This document shows, one piece after another, positions 41,311-51,812 of a DNA stretch of 64,000 bases. The stretch is from positions 21,148-85,147 of the forward strand of contig JAHBSF010000008.1 in the NCBI GenBank assembly GCA_019639255.1, in the 5' to 3' direction. This stretch comes from Acidobacteriota bacterium. GTDB lineage: Bacteria > Acidobacteriota > Blastocatellia > RBC074. Under the pieces are notes generated by a model, which saw only the letters and a program-made list of their open reading frames with translations, was not told the DNA's origin and ran no database searches. The position numbers and the translations under genes were made by a program. Position 1 is the stretch's first letter. Each line of letters starts with the position of its first letter.

Positions 41311-42267
41311 CATTCCTCTTTTCATCGCCAGCGCCGCGCCGCCCCACAATCCGGCCCGCTCGCCGAGCATAGACGGTTCGATCCTGATTTCATCCACCGG
41401 GAAAATCGCAATACGCCACCGCACCGTTTCGCGGACTACGTCAAACAACCTCTCGCCGATTTCCGCCACGCCGCCTCCGAGCACTACAAGCTCCGGATAA
41501 ATCGCGCCGATGATGTTGGCCACGCCGATGCCTATGTACCCGGCTGCGCTGCGAATCACGTCGGCTACGGCTTCATCCCCGCAGTCGGCCGCCCGCGCCA
41601 TCTCGCGCGGAGTCACGCGGCGCGGATCGCCCTCGGTGAGTTCAAACAGCTTCGGCGCGCGCCCGCACTGCATCAGCCATATGCCCTGTGCGGCGATTGC
41701 CGGACCGCTTGCCACGGTTTCCAGACAACCGCGATTGCCGCAGCCGCAACGATCTCCGTCCGGAATGATCGTCTGATGCCCAAGCTCGCCCGCCATTCCC
41801 GACGGCCCGAGCCTCAGCCGTCCATCTATTACCAGCCCGCCGCCTACCCCCGTACCCAGCGCAAAAAACGCCATCGTACGCACGCCGCGCCCGCGGCCGA
41901 AGGTCATCTCGCCGAGCGTTGCCGTGCGAACGTCGTTAAGTAGATACACGGGACAGCCTGCTGCGGATTCCAGAATCGCACGCACCGGCACGCCCCTCCA
42001 CCCGGTTGCAAGATTGGGCAGAAATCTGGTCACGCCGCCTGCAATGTCTGCAAGCCCGGGCACGCCCATTCCAAGCGCCTCGGGGCGCGCGTGTGCAGCC
42101 GCGCACAATTCGTCGAGCGTATGCGCAATCCTTCCGAGCACGGCCTCAGGCCCGTCGTGCGAATCGGTCGCAATGGTTTTTTCGGCAAGCAAATCGCCCG
42201 CTGATGTAATCAGCGCGCAGGCCGTTTTGGTTCCGCCCAGATCGACGCTTGCATAAACATCACTCAT
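41299..42267 (-). CDS. ROK-family sugar kinase (glucokinase-like)
   Basis: N-terminal ATP motif VDLGGTKTACALI and the ROK zinc motif CGCGNRGCLE. Confidence 0.85.
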   Translation of the reverse strand: MSDVYASVDLGGTKTACALITSAGDLLAEKTIATDSHDGPEAVLGRIAHTLDELCAAAHARPEALGMGVPGLADIAGGVTRFLPNLATGWRGVPVRAILESAAGCPVYLLNDVRTATLGEMTFGRGRGVRTMAFFALGTGVGGGLVIDGRLRLGPSGMAGELGHQTIIPDGDRCGCGNRGCLETVASGPAIAAQGIWLMQCGRAPKLFELTEGDPRRVTPREMARAADCGDEAVADVIRSAAGYIGIGVANIIGAIYPELVVLGGGVAEIGERLFDVVRETVRWRIAIFPVDEIRIEPSMLGERAGLWGGAALAMKRGMRER

Positions 42268-43295
42268 CAGGAATCTCCTTCCAGAATCTCCCTGATGTAC
42301 ACCACTTCGTTGCGCCGCGCAGATTCATAACACGCAAAAACCACGGCTACGGTCCTCAGATATTCATCGCCTTCCGATTCGCACCTCGCTCCGCTCGACA
42401 ATGATTCGATGAAATGGCGATGGAGTGCGAATATGCTGTCGCCCTTGTAGCCGTTTTCCGGTTTTTCAAACGCCTGCGCGCGATCCGGCCCATTGAGATC
42501 GTTCGTCCACAGATCGCCTTCGGGCGTCATGCGCACCGATCCGCGCGAGCCCTCGATCAGAAACGTCTGATTGGTGATTGCGGGTTTCGCCGGACCGGAC
42601 CATCGGTTTGAATCAATCAGGCCGAGCGCGCCGCTTTCGAACGTCATCTGTATGATCGCGCAATCTTCACCTCGAATCGCCGGATTGATGCGCCGCAAAC
42701 TGCAATACACCGATTCGACATCGCCCATCAGATACCGCATCGTATCGATGAAATGCACGAGCATTTCGTAGATGAGGACGCGGTCCATCGCGCGCAGGTA
42801 GGGCTGCTGCGCGTAAGGGTGCGTTCCGCGGCCGTCGCCGCCGCGCATAAAAAAAGTCGATTGAAAAAGATCGCCGCAAAATCCCGCATCTATGAGCCTT
42901 CGGATCTCGCGAAACCACGGCTGCCAGCGCCAGTTTTCGTGCATAAACAGGCGCACGCCCGCTTCTTTCACAGCCTCGACCATCGCCGTGCATTCCTTCC
43001 ACTCAGGCGCCATCGGCTTCTGGCAGAAAACGTGCACACGGGAATTGGCCGCCAGTTCTACGAGTTTCAGATGCGTAGGCGAAGGCGTTACGATATCGAC
43101 GAAATCCGGACGCTCGCGCGCAAGCATATCCTCTGCATCTTCATAATATGCCGGCAACTTCCAGCGATCAGCAAATTCGGCGGCCCGCCCCGGTGCGGCA
43201 TCCGCTACGGCGGTGATCCTTACCCCCGGCATGCGCTGCCAGGCTTCTATATGCTGCGCGGCAAACCATCCCGCGCCGATAATGGTTCCCTTCAT
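42267..43295 (-). CDS. Gfo/Idh/MocA-family NAD(P)-dependent oxidoreductase
   Basis: MKGTIIGAGWFAAQHIEAWQRMPGVRITAVAD Rossmann N-terminus. The stop overlaps the ROK start codon (ATGA). The longer 461-aa ORF upstream is element-derived. Confidence 0.85.
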   Translation of the reverse strand: MKGTIIGAGWFAAQHIEAWQRMPGVRITAVADAAPGRAAEFADRWKLPAYYEDAEDMLARERPDFVDIVTPSPTHLKLVELAANSRVHVFCQKPMAPEWKECTAMVEAVKEAGVRLFMHENWRWQPWFREIRRLIDAGFCGDLFQSTFFMRGGDGRGTHPYAQQPYLRAMDRVLIYEMLVHFIDTMRYLMGDVESVYCSLRRINPAIRGEDCAIIQMTFESGALGLIDSNRWSGPAKPAITNQTFLIEGSRGSVRMTPEGDLWTNDLNGPDRAQAFEKPENGYKGDSIFALHRHFIESLSSGARCESEGDEYLRTVAVVFACYESARRNEVVYIREILEGDS

Positions 43296-43297
43296 CT

Positions 43298-43348
43298 TTT
43301 CGTCTTTCAGTTTGTTCCGTTTATTCCGTTTATTCCGTTGTCTCTCTT
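43298..43348. repeat. Family-1 half-element next to the oxidoreductase start
   Basis: tttcgtctttcagtttgttccgtttattccgtttattccgttgtctctcttc. Confidence 0.6.
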
Positions 43349-43506
43349 CTGTTTCATTCAAGAGACTTACGCCCGATTTGACCCGATACGGCCGGAACCC
43401 CTGCTTGAACTGTGCGCCCGTTCGTGCTATTTCAAATAGCCTTTGTGCGCAGAAAGCGGGTTGCACTCTTATTGTGCAACCCCGGAAATGTCGTAATTTA
43501 TGAACT

Positions 43507-46050
43507 ATGTCTAAATCATTAGTAATTGTCGAATCGCCGTCGAAGGCGAAGACGATCAACAAGTATCTGGGCCGGGATTTCAAGGTCATCGCATCGGTAG
43601 GCCATATCATGGACCTGCCGAAGAAGGGTCTGGGCGTCGATGTCGACAACAACTTCGAGCCGACCTACGAGATCATGCCCGGCAAGGAAAAGGTCGTCAA
43701 ACAAATCAAGGATGCGGCCAAAGAGGCCGACGAAGTCTATGTTGCAACCGATCCGGACCGCGAGGGCGAGGCCATCGGGTTTCACATTGCCGAAGTAGTG
43801 CGCAGCGGGCGCGGGCAGTCCAAAAAGCCCGTGCTGCGCGTGATGTTCAACGAAATCACGAAAACGGCGGTTCAGGAAGCATTCAATCATCCGGGACAGA
43901 TAAACGTCGCTCTCGTGGATGCGCAGCAGGCGCGGCGCGTGCTCGACCGCCTTGTAGGTTACAAGGTGAGCCCGCTCCTGTGGGACAAGGTGCGGCGCGG
44001 ACTCTCGGCCGGCCGCGTTCAGACCGTCGCGGTCAGGCTCGTCGTAGAGCGCGAACGCGAGATACAGAACTTCGTCAAGACCGAGTACTGGACCGTAACG
44101 GCGTGGCTCGGCGCGCATGCGCCGCCCGAATTCGACGCGCGCCTTTACAAGATCGGCGAGCAGACCGTCAAAACCTCGGGCTTCGATCAGGGCGTCAAAA
44201 AATCCGAGATACACATTGAAAACGAGGAGCAGGCGCTCGCAATCCTCGCCGCGCTCGAAGGCGCAACCTACGTCGTCAGCGACGTAACCACTCGCGAAAA
44301 GAAGCGCAACCCGGTTCCCCCTTTCATCACGTCGAAACTTCAGCAGGAGGCCTCGCGCAAACTCCGGCTTCCGGCCAAAAAGGCCATGCAGATTGCGCAG
44401 CGTCTTTATGAAGGCAGAGAACTCGGCGAAGAGGGTTCGGTAGGACTCATCACCTACATGCGCACCGACTCCACGCGCGTAGCCGACAGCGCGCTCGGCG
44501 AAGTGCGTGAGTTCATCACCGGGCAGTACGGGCCGAACTATCTGCCGGAAAAGGCCGTTTATTACCGCTCGAAGAAGGGCGCGCAGGACGCGCACGAAGC
44601 CATACGTCCGACCTCCGTTGCGCGCACGCCGGACTCCGTTGCGAGGTATCTTGAAAAGGAAGAACTCGCACTCTACCGCCTGATATGGCAACGCTTCGTC
44701 GCATCGCAGATGATGCCGGCGCTTTTCGATCAAACGACGATCGACATCGCAGCGGGCGAAAAATATCTCTTCCGCGCCACCGGATCGGTGCTGAAGTTCG
44801 ACGGATTCCTCGCCGTATACGAAGAGGGCAAGGATGAGAAGGACGAAGAGGACGAAGAACAGGCGCACAAGCTGCCGAAGGTAGAACGCGGCGAGACGCT
44901 CAACCTCAAGTCGCTCAATCCCGAACAGCATTTCACCGAACCGCCGCCGCGTTACACCGAAGCGACACTTGTAAAGGCGCTCGAAGAAAAAGGCATCGGC
45001 CGCCCCTCGACCTACGCCTCGATTATGAGCGTGATACAGGATCGCGAATACGTCGAAAAAAACGAGGGCAAGTTCAGCCCTACGGAACTCGGCGCCATCG
45101 TAAACGACCTTCTGATCGAAAGCTTCGCCGATATCTTCAACGTCGAATATACGGCGCGGATGGAGGAAGAACTCGACGAGATAGAAGACGGCAAGATGCG
45201 CTGGACCGAAGCGCTCCGGGAGTTTTACGACAAGTTCACCGCCGATCTGAATACAGCCGCCAAACACATGCGGAACATCAAGCGGCAGGAGATCGTCACC
45301 GACGAAGTATGCGAAAAGTGCGGCTCGAAGATGGCGATCAAGTTCGGACGCTTCGGGCAGTTCCTCGCCTGCACAAACTACCCCGAATGCAAATCCACGC
45401 GCGAAATCGCCAAACCCGGAGCACCCAACGGGGGCGAGAAAACTACGGAAGCCGCAGCCGCGCCCGAAGCAGCGACGGAAAACCCATACGCCGATGAAGT
45501 GTGCGAAAACTGCGGCAGCCCGATGGTGCTCAAGCGCGGACGCTTCGGACAGTTCCTCGCCTGCTCTGCCTATCCGACATGCAAGACGACGCGGCGCATA
45601 ACGAAAACCGGTGCGGCAGCCGCCCCTGTAATGCTGGATGAAAAATGCCCCGAATGCGGCGCACAACTGGCTCTTCGCGACGGGCGCTTCGGAGCCTTCA
45701 CCTCCTGTTCGCGCTATCCCGAATGCAAATACATCAAGCGCGACACCACGGGCGTAGCCTGTTCGCGCGCGGGCTGCAAGGGCGAAATCGTCGTCAAGAA
45801 ATCAAAACGCGCAAAAGTATTCTACGGCTGTTCGGAGTATCCGACCTGCGATGTTGTGTTCTGGGACAAACCCATAGCCGAAGCGTGCCCGCAATGCAAT
45901 GCCCCGTTTGTGCTTGAAAAATACAACGCCCGCAAGGAAACCGCTACGCGTTATTGCCGCAACGAGGAGTGCAACTGGCGCAGCGACGGCGACGGCGGAG
46001 GCGCAACGGTTGCGGCCAAACCGAAACGCGCAACGCGCCGCGCATCGTAA
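43507..46050 (+). CDS. topA: DNA topoisomerase I
   Basis: Toprim N-terminus MSKSLVIVESPSKAKTINKYLG. Active-site Tyr region and three or four C-terminal C4 zinc ribbons (CEKCGS...C..C). Confidence 0.95.
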   Translation: MSKSLVIVESPSKAKTINKYLGRDFKVIASVGHIMDLPKKGLGVDVDNNFEPTYEIMPGKEKVVKQIKDAAKEADEVYVATDPDREGEAIGFHIAEVVRSGRGQSKKPVLRVMFNEITKTAVQEAFNHPGQINVALVDAQQARRVLDRLVGYKVSPLLWDKVRRGLSAGRVQTVAVRLVVEREREIQNFVKTEYWTVTAWLGAHAPPEFDARLYKIGEQTVKTSGFDQGVKKSEIHIENEEQALAILAALEGATYVVSDVTTREKKRNPVPPFITSKLQQEASRKLRLPAKKAMQIAQRLYEGRELGEEGSVGLITYMRTDSTRVADSALGEVREFITGQYGPNYLPEKAVYYRSKKGAQDAHEAIRPTSVARTPDSVARYLEKEELALYRLIWQRFVASQMMPALFDQTTIDIAAGEKYLFRATGSVLKFDGFLAVYEEGKDEKDEEDEEQAHKLPKVERGETLNLKSLNPEQHFTEPPPRYTEATLVKALEEKGIGRPSTYASIMSVIQDREYVEKNEGKFSPTELGAIVNDLLIESFADIFNVEYTARMEEELDEIEDGKMRWTEALREFYDKFTADLNTAAKHMRNIKRQEIVTDEVCEKCGSKMAIKFGRFGQFLACTNYPECKSTREIAKPGAPNGGEKTTEAAAAPEAATENPYADEVCENCGSPMVLKRGRFGQFLACSAYPTCKTTRRITKTGAAAAPVMLDEKCPECGAQLALRDGRFGAFTSCSRYPECKYIKRDTTGVACSRAGCKGEIVVKKSKRAKVFYGCSEYPTCDVVFWDKPIAEACPQCNAPFVLEKYNARKETATRYCRNEECNWRSDGDGGGATVAAKPKRATRRAS

Positions 46051-46051
46051 A

Positions 46052-46168
46052 ACGGAAGAAGTGAGAAAAACGGAACATACGAAATAAAACGAAACAAACG
46101 GAAAATGTCATCCCCTTCCGTTTGTTTCGTCTATTTCGTATGTTCCGTTTTTCTCACTTCTTCCGTTG
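46052..46168. repeat. Family-1 variant element (copy 14) with distinct termini (gaagtgagaaaaacgg / ccgtttttctcacttc), near-perfect 117-bp palindrome
   Basis: acggaagaagtgagaaaaacggaacatacgaaataaaacgaaacaaacggaaaatgtcatccccttccgtttgtttcgtctatttcgtatgttccgtttttctcacttcttccgt. Confidence 0.85.
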
Positions 46169-46711
46169 ACTGAAATTCGCCGCCGTTTCCGTCACGCCCG
46201 CGCGTTTGTTCGCCGCACGCGCCAGCACAAAAAGCAGATCCGATATCCGGTTCAGGTATATAAGCGCGGCAGGGTTGATTTCCTCGCGGCGGCCGAGCGC
46301 AACCACTACGCGTTCGGCGCGTCGCGCCACCGTTCGCGCCAGATGGATCGTAGAACCCACTACGGTCCCGCTCGGCAGGATGAATTCCTTCAGCGGTTCG
46401 AGTTCTTCGAGCAGCCGGTCGATCAGGCCCTCGAGGTCGGCGATCATCTCCGCGCCCACGCGCGGCACGGCCGTGCCCATCGGCGTCGCCAGATCCGCGC
46501 CCACGATGAACAGATCGTTCTGAAGGCGCTCCAGAATTGCGCCGATTTCCGGTTCTTCGTTTCCGGCGCGCGCCAGCCCAAGCACCGAATTCAGTTCATC
46601 GACATCGCCGTAAGCCGCTACGCGCAGATCATCCTTGCCCACGCGCGAACCGTCGACGAGCGATGTTTCGCCCGCGTCTCCCGTCTTCGTATAAACCCTC
46701 GTGACTCTCAA
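46154..46711 (-). CDS. PduO-type ATP:cob(I)alamin adenosyltransferase
   Basis: (M)[20 protein letters not shown]...GDVDELNS. Inferred TTG start at 46711, since the canonical N-terminus has no in-frame ATG. Confidence 0.75.
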   Translation of the reverse strand: MRVTRVYTKTGDAGETSLVDGSRVGKDDLRVAAYGDVDELNSVLGLARAGNEEPEIGAILERLQNDLFIVGADLATPMGTAVPRVGAEMIADLEGLIDRLLEELEPLKEFILPSGTVVGSTIHLARTVARRAERVVVALGRREEINPAALIYLNRISDLLFVLARAANKRAGVTETAANFSQRKK

Positions 46712-49500
46712 CCTCGATCCCCTTTCCGTTTCCGTATCATTCCCGATGACGCCGCACCCCAGACGACGAGCAGCAGCACGCCCCCGACCGCGCACCACGC
46801 GCCGCGGCGAAAGCTCGCCGGACGGTATACAAACTCTACGCGATTCGTTCCCGCCGGCGCCATTACGCCGCGCAGAACATAATTCGTCCTGTATACCTGC
46901 GCTGCAACCCCGTTGATGCGCGCTTCCCATCCCGGAAAGTGTACTTCGCTGAGCACCAGAAAGCCCGGCTGCGCGCGCCGCGTCTCCATTTCAATCCGGT
47001 TCGGCGCATAGTTCACTATCCGCACCGAACCATCGCTTGAGGGAGACGAAACCGGGGCATCGCCGATTCCCTCACGCTCCATCCATTCGCGGTCAACATA
47101 TGCAGTCCGTCTAGGGTCTGAAATGCCGCGCCGGATCAGGTCGAGTATTTCCTGTTCCGGCGCGATTTTCACCTTTTCCGCAAACCACGCGCGCGGCAAT
47201 GCACGCAGATTTTCATAGATGCTTATATCGTCGAACTGCGCGAGTTTTCTCCATCGTTCGGCGGGCAGTTCCATTCCGACAATCGGCGTCGATACGCGCG
47301 AGGGCGCATCAAAAAGCGATGCGCGCACCAGATAAATTCCTGCATCCTCGCGTGCGTATTCCCATTCGATATGCGTAATCAGCGAACGGTCGAAAGTCAG
47401 CCGGGCGAGATACGAATGAATCTCAAAACCGTCTCCCGGCCTGCTCTCTGCGACTTGGGCACGCCGGTGTTTGACCGTATCGCGCAGTTCCTGCTGATCG
47501 TGCGCCCATTCGGACGTATCGCGCCCGGCCTGCACTTCGCGCTCAAACACGCGGCCGTCCGAAGTATGGAGTTTTATCCGCAGCACCGTTTCGCCGTCCG
47601 CAAGGTGCACGGAGTTGAACATGGAGGTTACAAGCGCGATCTCGCTTGCAAGCGCCGTTACGCCGTCGGTGCGCAGTTTCACTCCGGGTTTGAATTCGCG
47701 GCCGAAAGTCGTATTGGAGAAGGCTATGCCGTCGTGAAGGATCGAACGCTTCGGATCGAGCGAACCGCGACGCTCTACGAGCAAATATCTGACATTCAAA
47801 AGATCAAAGCTGCGGTCTTCGGCTCCGAGCGAAGCCGGATCTCGAACTATGCCGCTTGCATCCATAAGGCCGGAAAAATCCATCACTCTGGTCAATCCCA
47901 AAACGTCCATTCCGTTGACCGAATGCAGGCCGCGAGCCGATGACGCATCGGGCAGGTTCATCGCGTCGTAGTTTTTTTCAAACGGCGCGTCGTAAGTGTA
48001 ATCGTAAGGCAGATCCGAAACGCTCAACACGCGAAAGTCGTGCGGCGAACCCGTGCGCGATTTGATGAATGCAAGAGTGGGCGGATCGGAAAGTCTCCCG
48101 GCAATTCTGTTTTCGACCGCGCGCCAGTCGTAAAACCACCCGAAGGACGCCAGATCGAGCGCAAGTATTACCAGCAATATCACGGCGGCTGCGTTGTTGC
48201 GCTTCAATACAAAAAACAACATCGCAACCGCACCCGTAACAAATACGGCAACCGGGATTGCAGCTTCGGCATCACCGAGGCTTCGCCCCGCGCCTGAATA
48301 CATCCATACGGCCGCGCACAGAAGCACGGCGGTAACGCCCGTCGCGGCGATGGCAGCGGCCTTTGCGCGCTCGCTTTTGCGCAATGCGTCGATGCCGATT
48401 GCGGCGAGCATCGCTACGGCGAAATCAAATTCGTACAGGTGGCGGTAAGAACCGCGAAAGAGGTTGTAAACCGGAATACCGTAAAACAGCCGGTACAAAT
48501 CGGCGGGCAGATGTGCGCCGAATGAAAGCAGCAGCGCCGCAACCGCTGCGATGGTCCACAACCAGACGGCCGGATTACGAAAGCGCAGAATGAGCGCGGC
48601 AAAGGCGAGCGTCAATCCGAGCAATCCAGTATATCCACCCTGAATCATCGAATTCCACGCGCCGCTGTAGGGTGCGCTGTAGGGCGTAAGCGCCGCGCCG
48701 CCGAAGAAATACGGCATGATGAGCGCAAGCGCCTGGCGCGGCGGCAGCGAGTAGCTCGAAAATTCCTCGTAACCGATGCGCGCGCGCCCGCCCTGATCGA
48801 GCAATTCCGCCTGCGGCAGCAGTTGCATCATCGACAGCAGCGCGCCGCTTGCAAACATCAACATCACACCGACGATCAGGCGCCGGCGCACAATCCAATC
48901 TTCTATCTGCGTCAGACGCCAAAATGTATAAAGCGCGACTACGCAGTATCCGTAAAGCGTCGTCTGCGGATCGCCCGCGAATACCTGAAGCGCGATGAAC
49001 ACTGCTCCGGCTGCGCCCCACAGCCACTGCAATCTTTGCATCCGGCTCTGAGCCATGGCTTCGACCGCGAGCAGCAGCCACGGCAGCCATACGATCGCCG
49101 TCAGCCGGTGCGTATGCGCCAGATGCGTTATGAGAAAACCGCCGAAGGCGAAGATCATCGCGGCGGCGAATGAGGCCGTGCGCGTGCACTGCGTGCGCCG
49201 CGCGAAAAGATACGCGCCCGCAAGCGCCAGATGATAGCTCACAATGACGAGCGCATTCATTGCGGCGGCAGGCGGCAGAAGGGTGAAGATCCAGTTGAGC
49301 GGGTAGAGCGCGCCGGGATCTACGCTTGCAAGCAGCGGCATGCCCGAAAACACGTGCGGATTCCACAGCGGCAGCGCGCCGGAGGCGAGTATTTGACCGG
49401 CGAGCACGCGCACGCCGAGGTTGTGCGTCCAGCCGTCGCCCGGAACCAGAGCAACGCGCCCCGCGACGGCGGGCAGGAAATAGATGAGCGGCGCGAGCAG
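46708..49500 (-). CDS. Large polytopic membrane protein, YfhO/ArnT-like (putative membrane glycosyltransferase family). Start uncertain
   Basis: About 14 predicted TM segments in the N-terminal 450 aa, followed by a ~480-aa soluble C-terminal domain. The 5' end of the 977-aa ORF (to 49641) is the family-1 element, so the true start is probably a non-ATG codon near 49500. Confidence 0.55.
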   Translation of the reverse strand: MLAPLIYFLPAVAGRVALVPGDGWTHNLGVRVLAGQILASGALPLWNPHVFSGMPLLASVDPGALYPLNWIFTLLPPAAAMNALVIVSYHLALAGAYLFARRTQCTRTASFAAAMIFAFGGFLITHLAHTHRLTAIVWLPWLLLAVEAMAQSRMQRLQWLWGAAGAVFIALQVFAGDPQTTLYGYCVVALYTFWRLTQIEDWIVRRRLIVGVMLMFASGALLSMMQLLPQAELLDQGGRARIGYEEFSSYSLPPRQALALIMPYFFGGAALTPYSAPYSGAWNSMIQGGYTGLLGLTLAFAALILRFRNPAVWLWTIAAVAALLLSFGAHLPADLYRLFYGIPVYNLFRGSYRHLYEFDFAVAMLAAIGIDALRKSERAKAAAIAATGVTAVLLCAAVWMYSGAGRSLGDAEAAIPVAVFVTGAVAMLFFVLKRNNAAAVILLVILALDLASFGWFYDWRAVENRIAGRLSDPPTLAFIKSRTGSPHDFRVLSVSDLPYDYTYDAPFEKNYDAMNLPDASSARGLHSVNGMDVLGLTRVMDFSGLMDASGIVRDPASLGAEDRSFDLLNVRYLLVERRGSLDPKRSILHDGIAFSNTTFGREFKPGVKLRTDGVTALASEIALVTSMFNSVHLADGETVLRIKLHTSDGRVFEREVQAGRDTSEWAHDQQELRDTVKHRRAQVAESRPGDGFEIHSYLARLTFDRSLITHIEWEYAREDAGIYLVRASLFDAPSRVSTPIVGMELPAERWRKLAQFDDISIYENLRALPRAWFAEKVKIAPEQEILDLIRRGISDPRRTAYVDREWMEREGIGDAPVSSPSSDGSVRIVNYAPNRIEMETRRAQPGFLVLSEVHFPGWEARINGVAAQVYRTNYVLRGVMAPAGTNRVEFVYRPASFRRGAWCAVGGVLLLVVWGAASSGMIRKRKGDRG

Positions 49501-49508
49501 CAGGGCAA

Positions 49509-49612
49509 GGAAAGAGATAACGGAACGAACGGAAATAAACGAAACAAACGGAAGGAAGTCTCTTTTCCGTATGTTTCGTTCTTTTTCGTTTGTTCCGTTA
49601 TCTCTCTTCTTT
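49509..49612. repeat. Family-1 element (copy 15)
   Basis: aaagagataacggaacgaacggaaataaacgaaacaaacggaag-gaagtctctt-ttccgtatgtttcgttctttttcgtttgttccgttatctctct. Confidence 0.85.
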
Positions 49613-49618
49613 CGCATA

Positions 49619-50704
49619 TCAGGCGCGCGCGATGAGAGCATCGATTATGCGCTCGGCGGCGCGGCCGTCCCAAAGTTCCGGAATCCGCTTTTCCGTGAGG
49701 CTTGCGCTGTCGAGCGCGGCGAGCGCCTCGCCGACTATTTTTTCCGGGTCAGCGCCCGTCAGCCGGTTTGTTCCCTCGGTAATGGTCACGGGGCGTTCGG
49801 TATTTTCGCGCAGCGTAAGGCAGGGCAAACCAAGCGCGGTGGTTTCTTCCTGCAGGCCGCCCGAATCGGTAAGCACGAGCTTCGATGCGCTCCAGAGCCG
49901 CAGAAAATCGAGGTATCCGAGCGGGTTTATGATTTTTACGCCTTCGGGCGCGTTCAATCCGAATTCGGTCATACGCAGTTGCGTGCGCGGGTGGGCCGGG
50001 AAAATTACGGGCAGTTCGCCCGCAATGCGTCCGAGCGCATCGAGAATGCCCGCAAGCGTAGAAGCGTCGTCCACGTTTGCGGGACGATGCAATGTAACGA
50101 CTACGTACTCGGAGGTTTCGAGTCCGAGCGTTTCGAGAACCGTTGAATGCTGCGCGCGATCGAGATGAGCGAGCAGGGTGTCGATCATCACGTTGCCGAC
50201 GCGGACTATGCGCCAAGCGTCGATGCCCTCTCGCAGAAGGTTTGCGTCGGCGTCGGCGCTCGGCGTCAGCAACAGGTCCGAGAGTTGATCGGTGAGGATT
50301 CGATTGATTTCTTCGGGCATACGGCGATCGAAGCTGCGAAGTCCGGCTTCAACGTGCGCTACGCGAAACTGGAGTTTCGACGCCACAAGCGCGCAGGCGA
50401 GCGTGGAGTTTACGTCTCCGACGACAAGGGTCCAGTCCGGGCGCTCGCGAACTATGACGGGTTCGAAGGCGAGCATAACGCGCGCTGTAGTTTCGGCGTG
50501 CGTACCGGAGCCGACTTCGAGGTTGAGGTCGGGCGCGGGCAGATCGAGATCGCGAAAGAAGGCGTCCGACATCGCCTCGTCGTAATGCTGTCCTGTATGG
50601 ACGAGCATCTGCGAGATGGATGCGGGACGCCTTTTGATTTCGGCGATGAGCGGCGCGATTTTCATGAAATTCGGCCGCGCGCCGACGATGTGCAAAATCT
50701 TCAT
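49619..50704 (-). CDS. wecB: UDP-N-acetylglucosamine 2-epimerase (non-hydrolysing)
   Basis: MKILHIVGARPNFMKIAPLIAEI..., followed by HTGQHYD and HVEAGLRS motifs. Confidence 0.9.
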   Translation of the reverse strand: MKILHIVGARPNFMKIAPLIAEIKRRPASISQMLVHTGQHYDEAMSDAFFRDLDLPAPDLNLEVGSGTHAETTARVMLAFEPVIVRERPDWTLVVGDVNSTLACALVASKLQFRVAHVEAGLRSFDRRMPEEINRILTDQLSDLLLTPSADADANLLREGIDAWRIVRVGNVMIDTLLAHLDRAQHSTVLETLGLETSEYVVVTLHRPANVDDASTLAGILDALGRIAGELPVIFPAHPRTQLRMTEFGLNAPEGVKIINPLGYLDFLRLWSASKLVLTDSGGLQEETTALGLPCLTLRENTERPVTITEGTNRLTGADPEKIVGEALAALDSASLTEKRIPELWDGRAAERIIDALIARA

Positions 50705-50731
50705 CGCCGATATTTGATCGAGTTTTCTGTC

Positions 50732-51271
50732 TCAGGGATTGGGCCAGCCACCGCCGCCCGGCGAATAGGGGTTCTGGGGCGCCGGTTGCCGTTTCTCGAA
50801 AAACTTCACTCCGAGCAGGCCGCCGAGTACGGTGAAACCGAGGAGTATTGCCCCGCCGATGACCGAAAGCGGCAGCGCGCCTATGACGCGCTGTGCGGCC
50901 GACTGATTGGCCGCCTGTTCTATGGCCTGCTGCATCAACTCCTGCACTTCGGGATTGTTCGCATTCGATGCTATCTGTTCCAGAACCTTGAGCATCATGC
51001 TGCTTGCCGTGCTGCTCATGCTGAGCAGCATCTGGCCGAAGAAATATATTCCGCCGCCGATCATTCCGGCGAACGCTCCGACCTTGGCGCCGTCTGCGTT
51101 TGCGATCGCGCGCGGTGAGCTGTCGACGAGCAGTTTCGTAGCCATCATACCGCCTATCAGCGCCCACGCGCAGAAGCAGCAGTTGAGCAGACTCACGATA
51201 GGGATCACCGATCCCAGGCCGACGATCAGGCCGCCGATGATCGCCGGTCGTTTCAGATCGAGTTCATTCAT
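50732..51271 (-). CDS. Hypothetical small membrane protein
   Basis: 179 aa, four hydrophobic segments and a Gly-rich C-terminus. ATGA overlap with the downstream gene. No recognisable domain. Confidence 0.5.
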   Translation of the reverse strand: MNELDLKRPAIIGGLIVGLGSVIPIVSLLNCCFCAWALIGGMMATKLLVDSSPRAIANADGAKVGAFAGMIGGGIYFFGQMLLSMSSTASSMMLKVLEQIASNANNPEVQELMQQAIEQAANQSAAQRVIGALPLSVIGGAILLGFTVLGGLLGVKFFEKRQPAPQNPYSPGGGGWPNP

Positions 51272-51801
51272 GGTCGGGTTTCCTCCTCGATTACGCCGCC
51301 TGCAAACCCCGCAGGGGAGCTCTTGAGCATTCTTGTTGTTAAATGTGATGTAAGAGTCGAAACGAGTCCGGGCACGATGTAAAACGCCGCCGCCGATCCG
51401 CCGAGCGCCCCGGTCAATGCGCGCGACAAATGCGTGTTCTCAACGAGTCCGATCAAGCCCAGGCTGAAATCGACCGCCATCGGCGCAGATGCAAGCACCA
51501 GCCATTTCAGTCGCGGCATGCGCTCGTCTCCCATACGCCGCATCATGGGATAAACCGCAAGCCCGAGTGCGAATCCCGCGTAAATCCCCGCGCAGCGCGC
51601 ACACACAGCAAGCGGAAGCCCGTCAATATGAAACGACCGTTCTGCGCGCTGATGACACACGGCGGCGAAGGCCGCATATATCGTCGTCCCCGCAAATACG
51701 CTCCCGTTTGAAATCAACATCGGCGCGGCGAATACGGCTCCGAGCCACAGAGCAGTTACGGCGACGAGCGCGAAGTAGAAAAGATGAAGTTGTCTCTTCA
51801 T
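51268..51801 (-). CDS. DUF2085-family membrane protein
   Basis: MKRQLHLFYFALVAVTALWL...AAVCHQRAERSFHIDGLPLAVCARCAGIY. The CHQ...CxRC motif is characteristic of DUF2085. Only the 3' 534 nt of the long 51268-52548 ORF are taken as real. Confidence 0.65.
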   Translation of the reverse strand: MKRQLHLFYFALVAVTALWLGAVFAAPMLISNGSVFAGTTIYAAFAAVCHQRAERSFHIDGLPLAVCARCAGIYAGFALGLAVYPMMRRMGDERMPRLKWLVLASAPMAVDFSLGLIGLVENTHLSRALTGALGGSAAAFYIVPGLVSTLTSHLTTRMLKSSPAGFAGGVIEEETRP

Positions 51802-51812
51802 CAGAAGCGATA

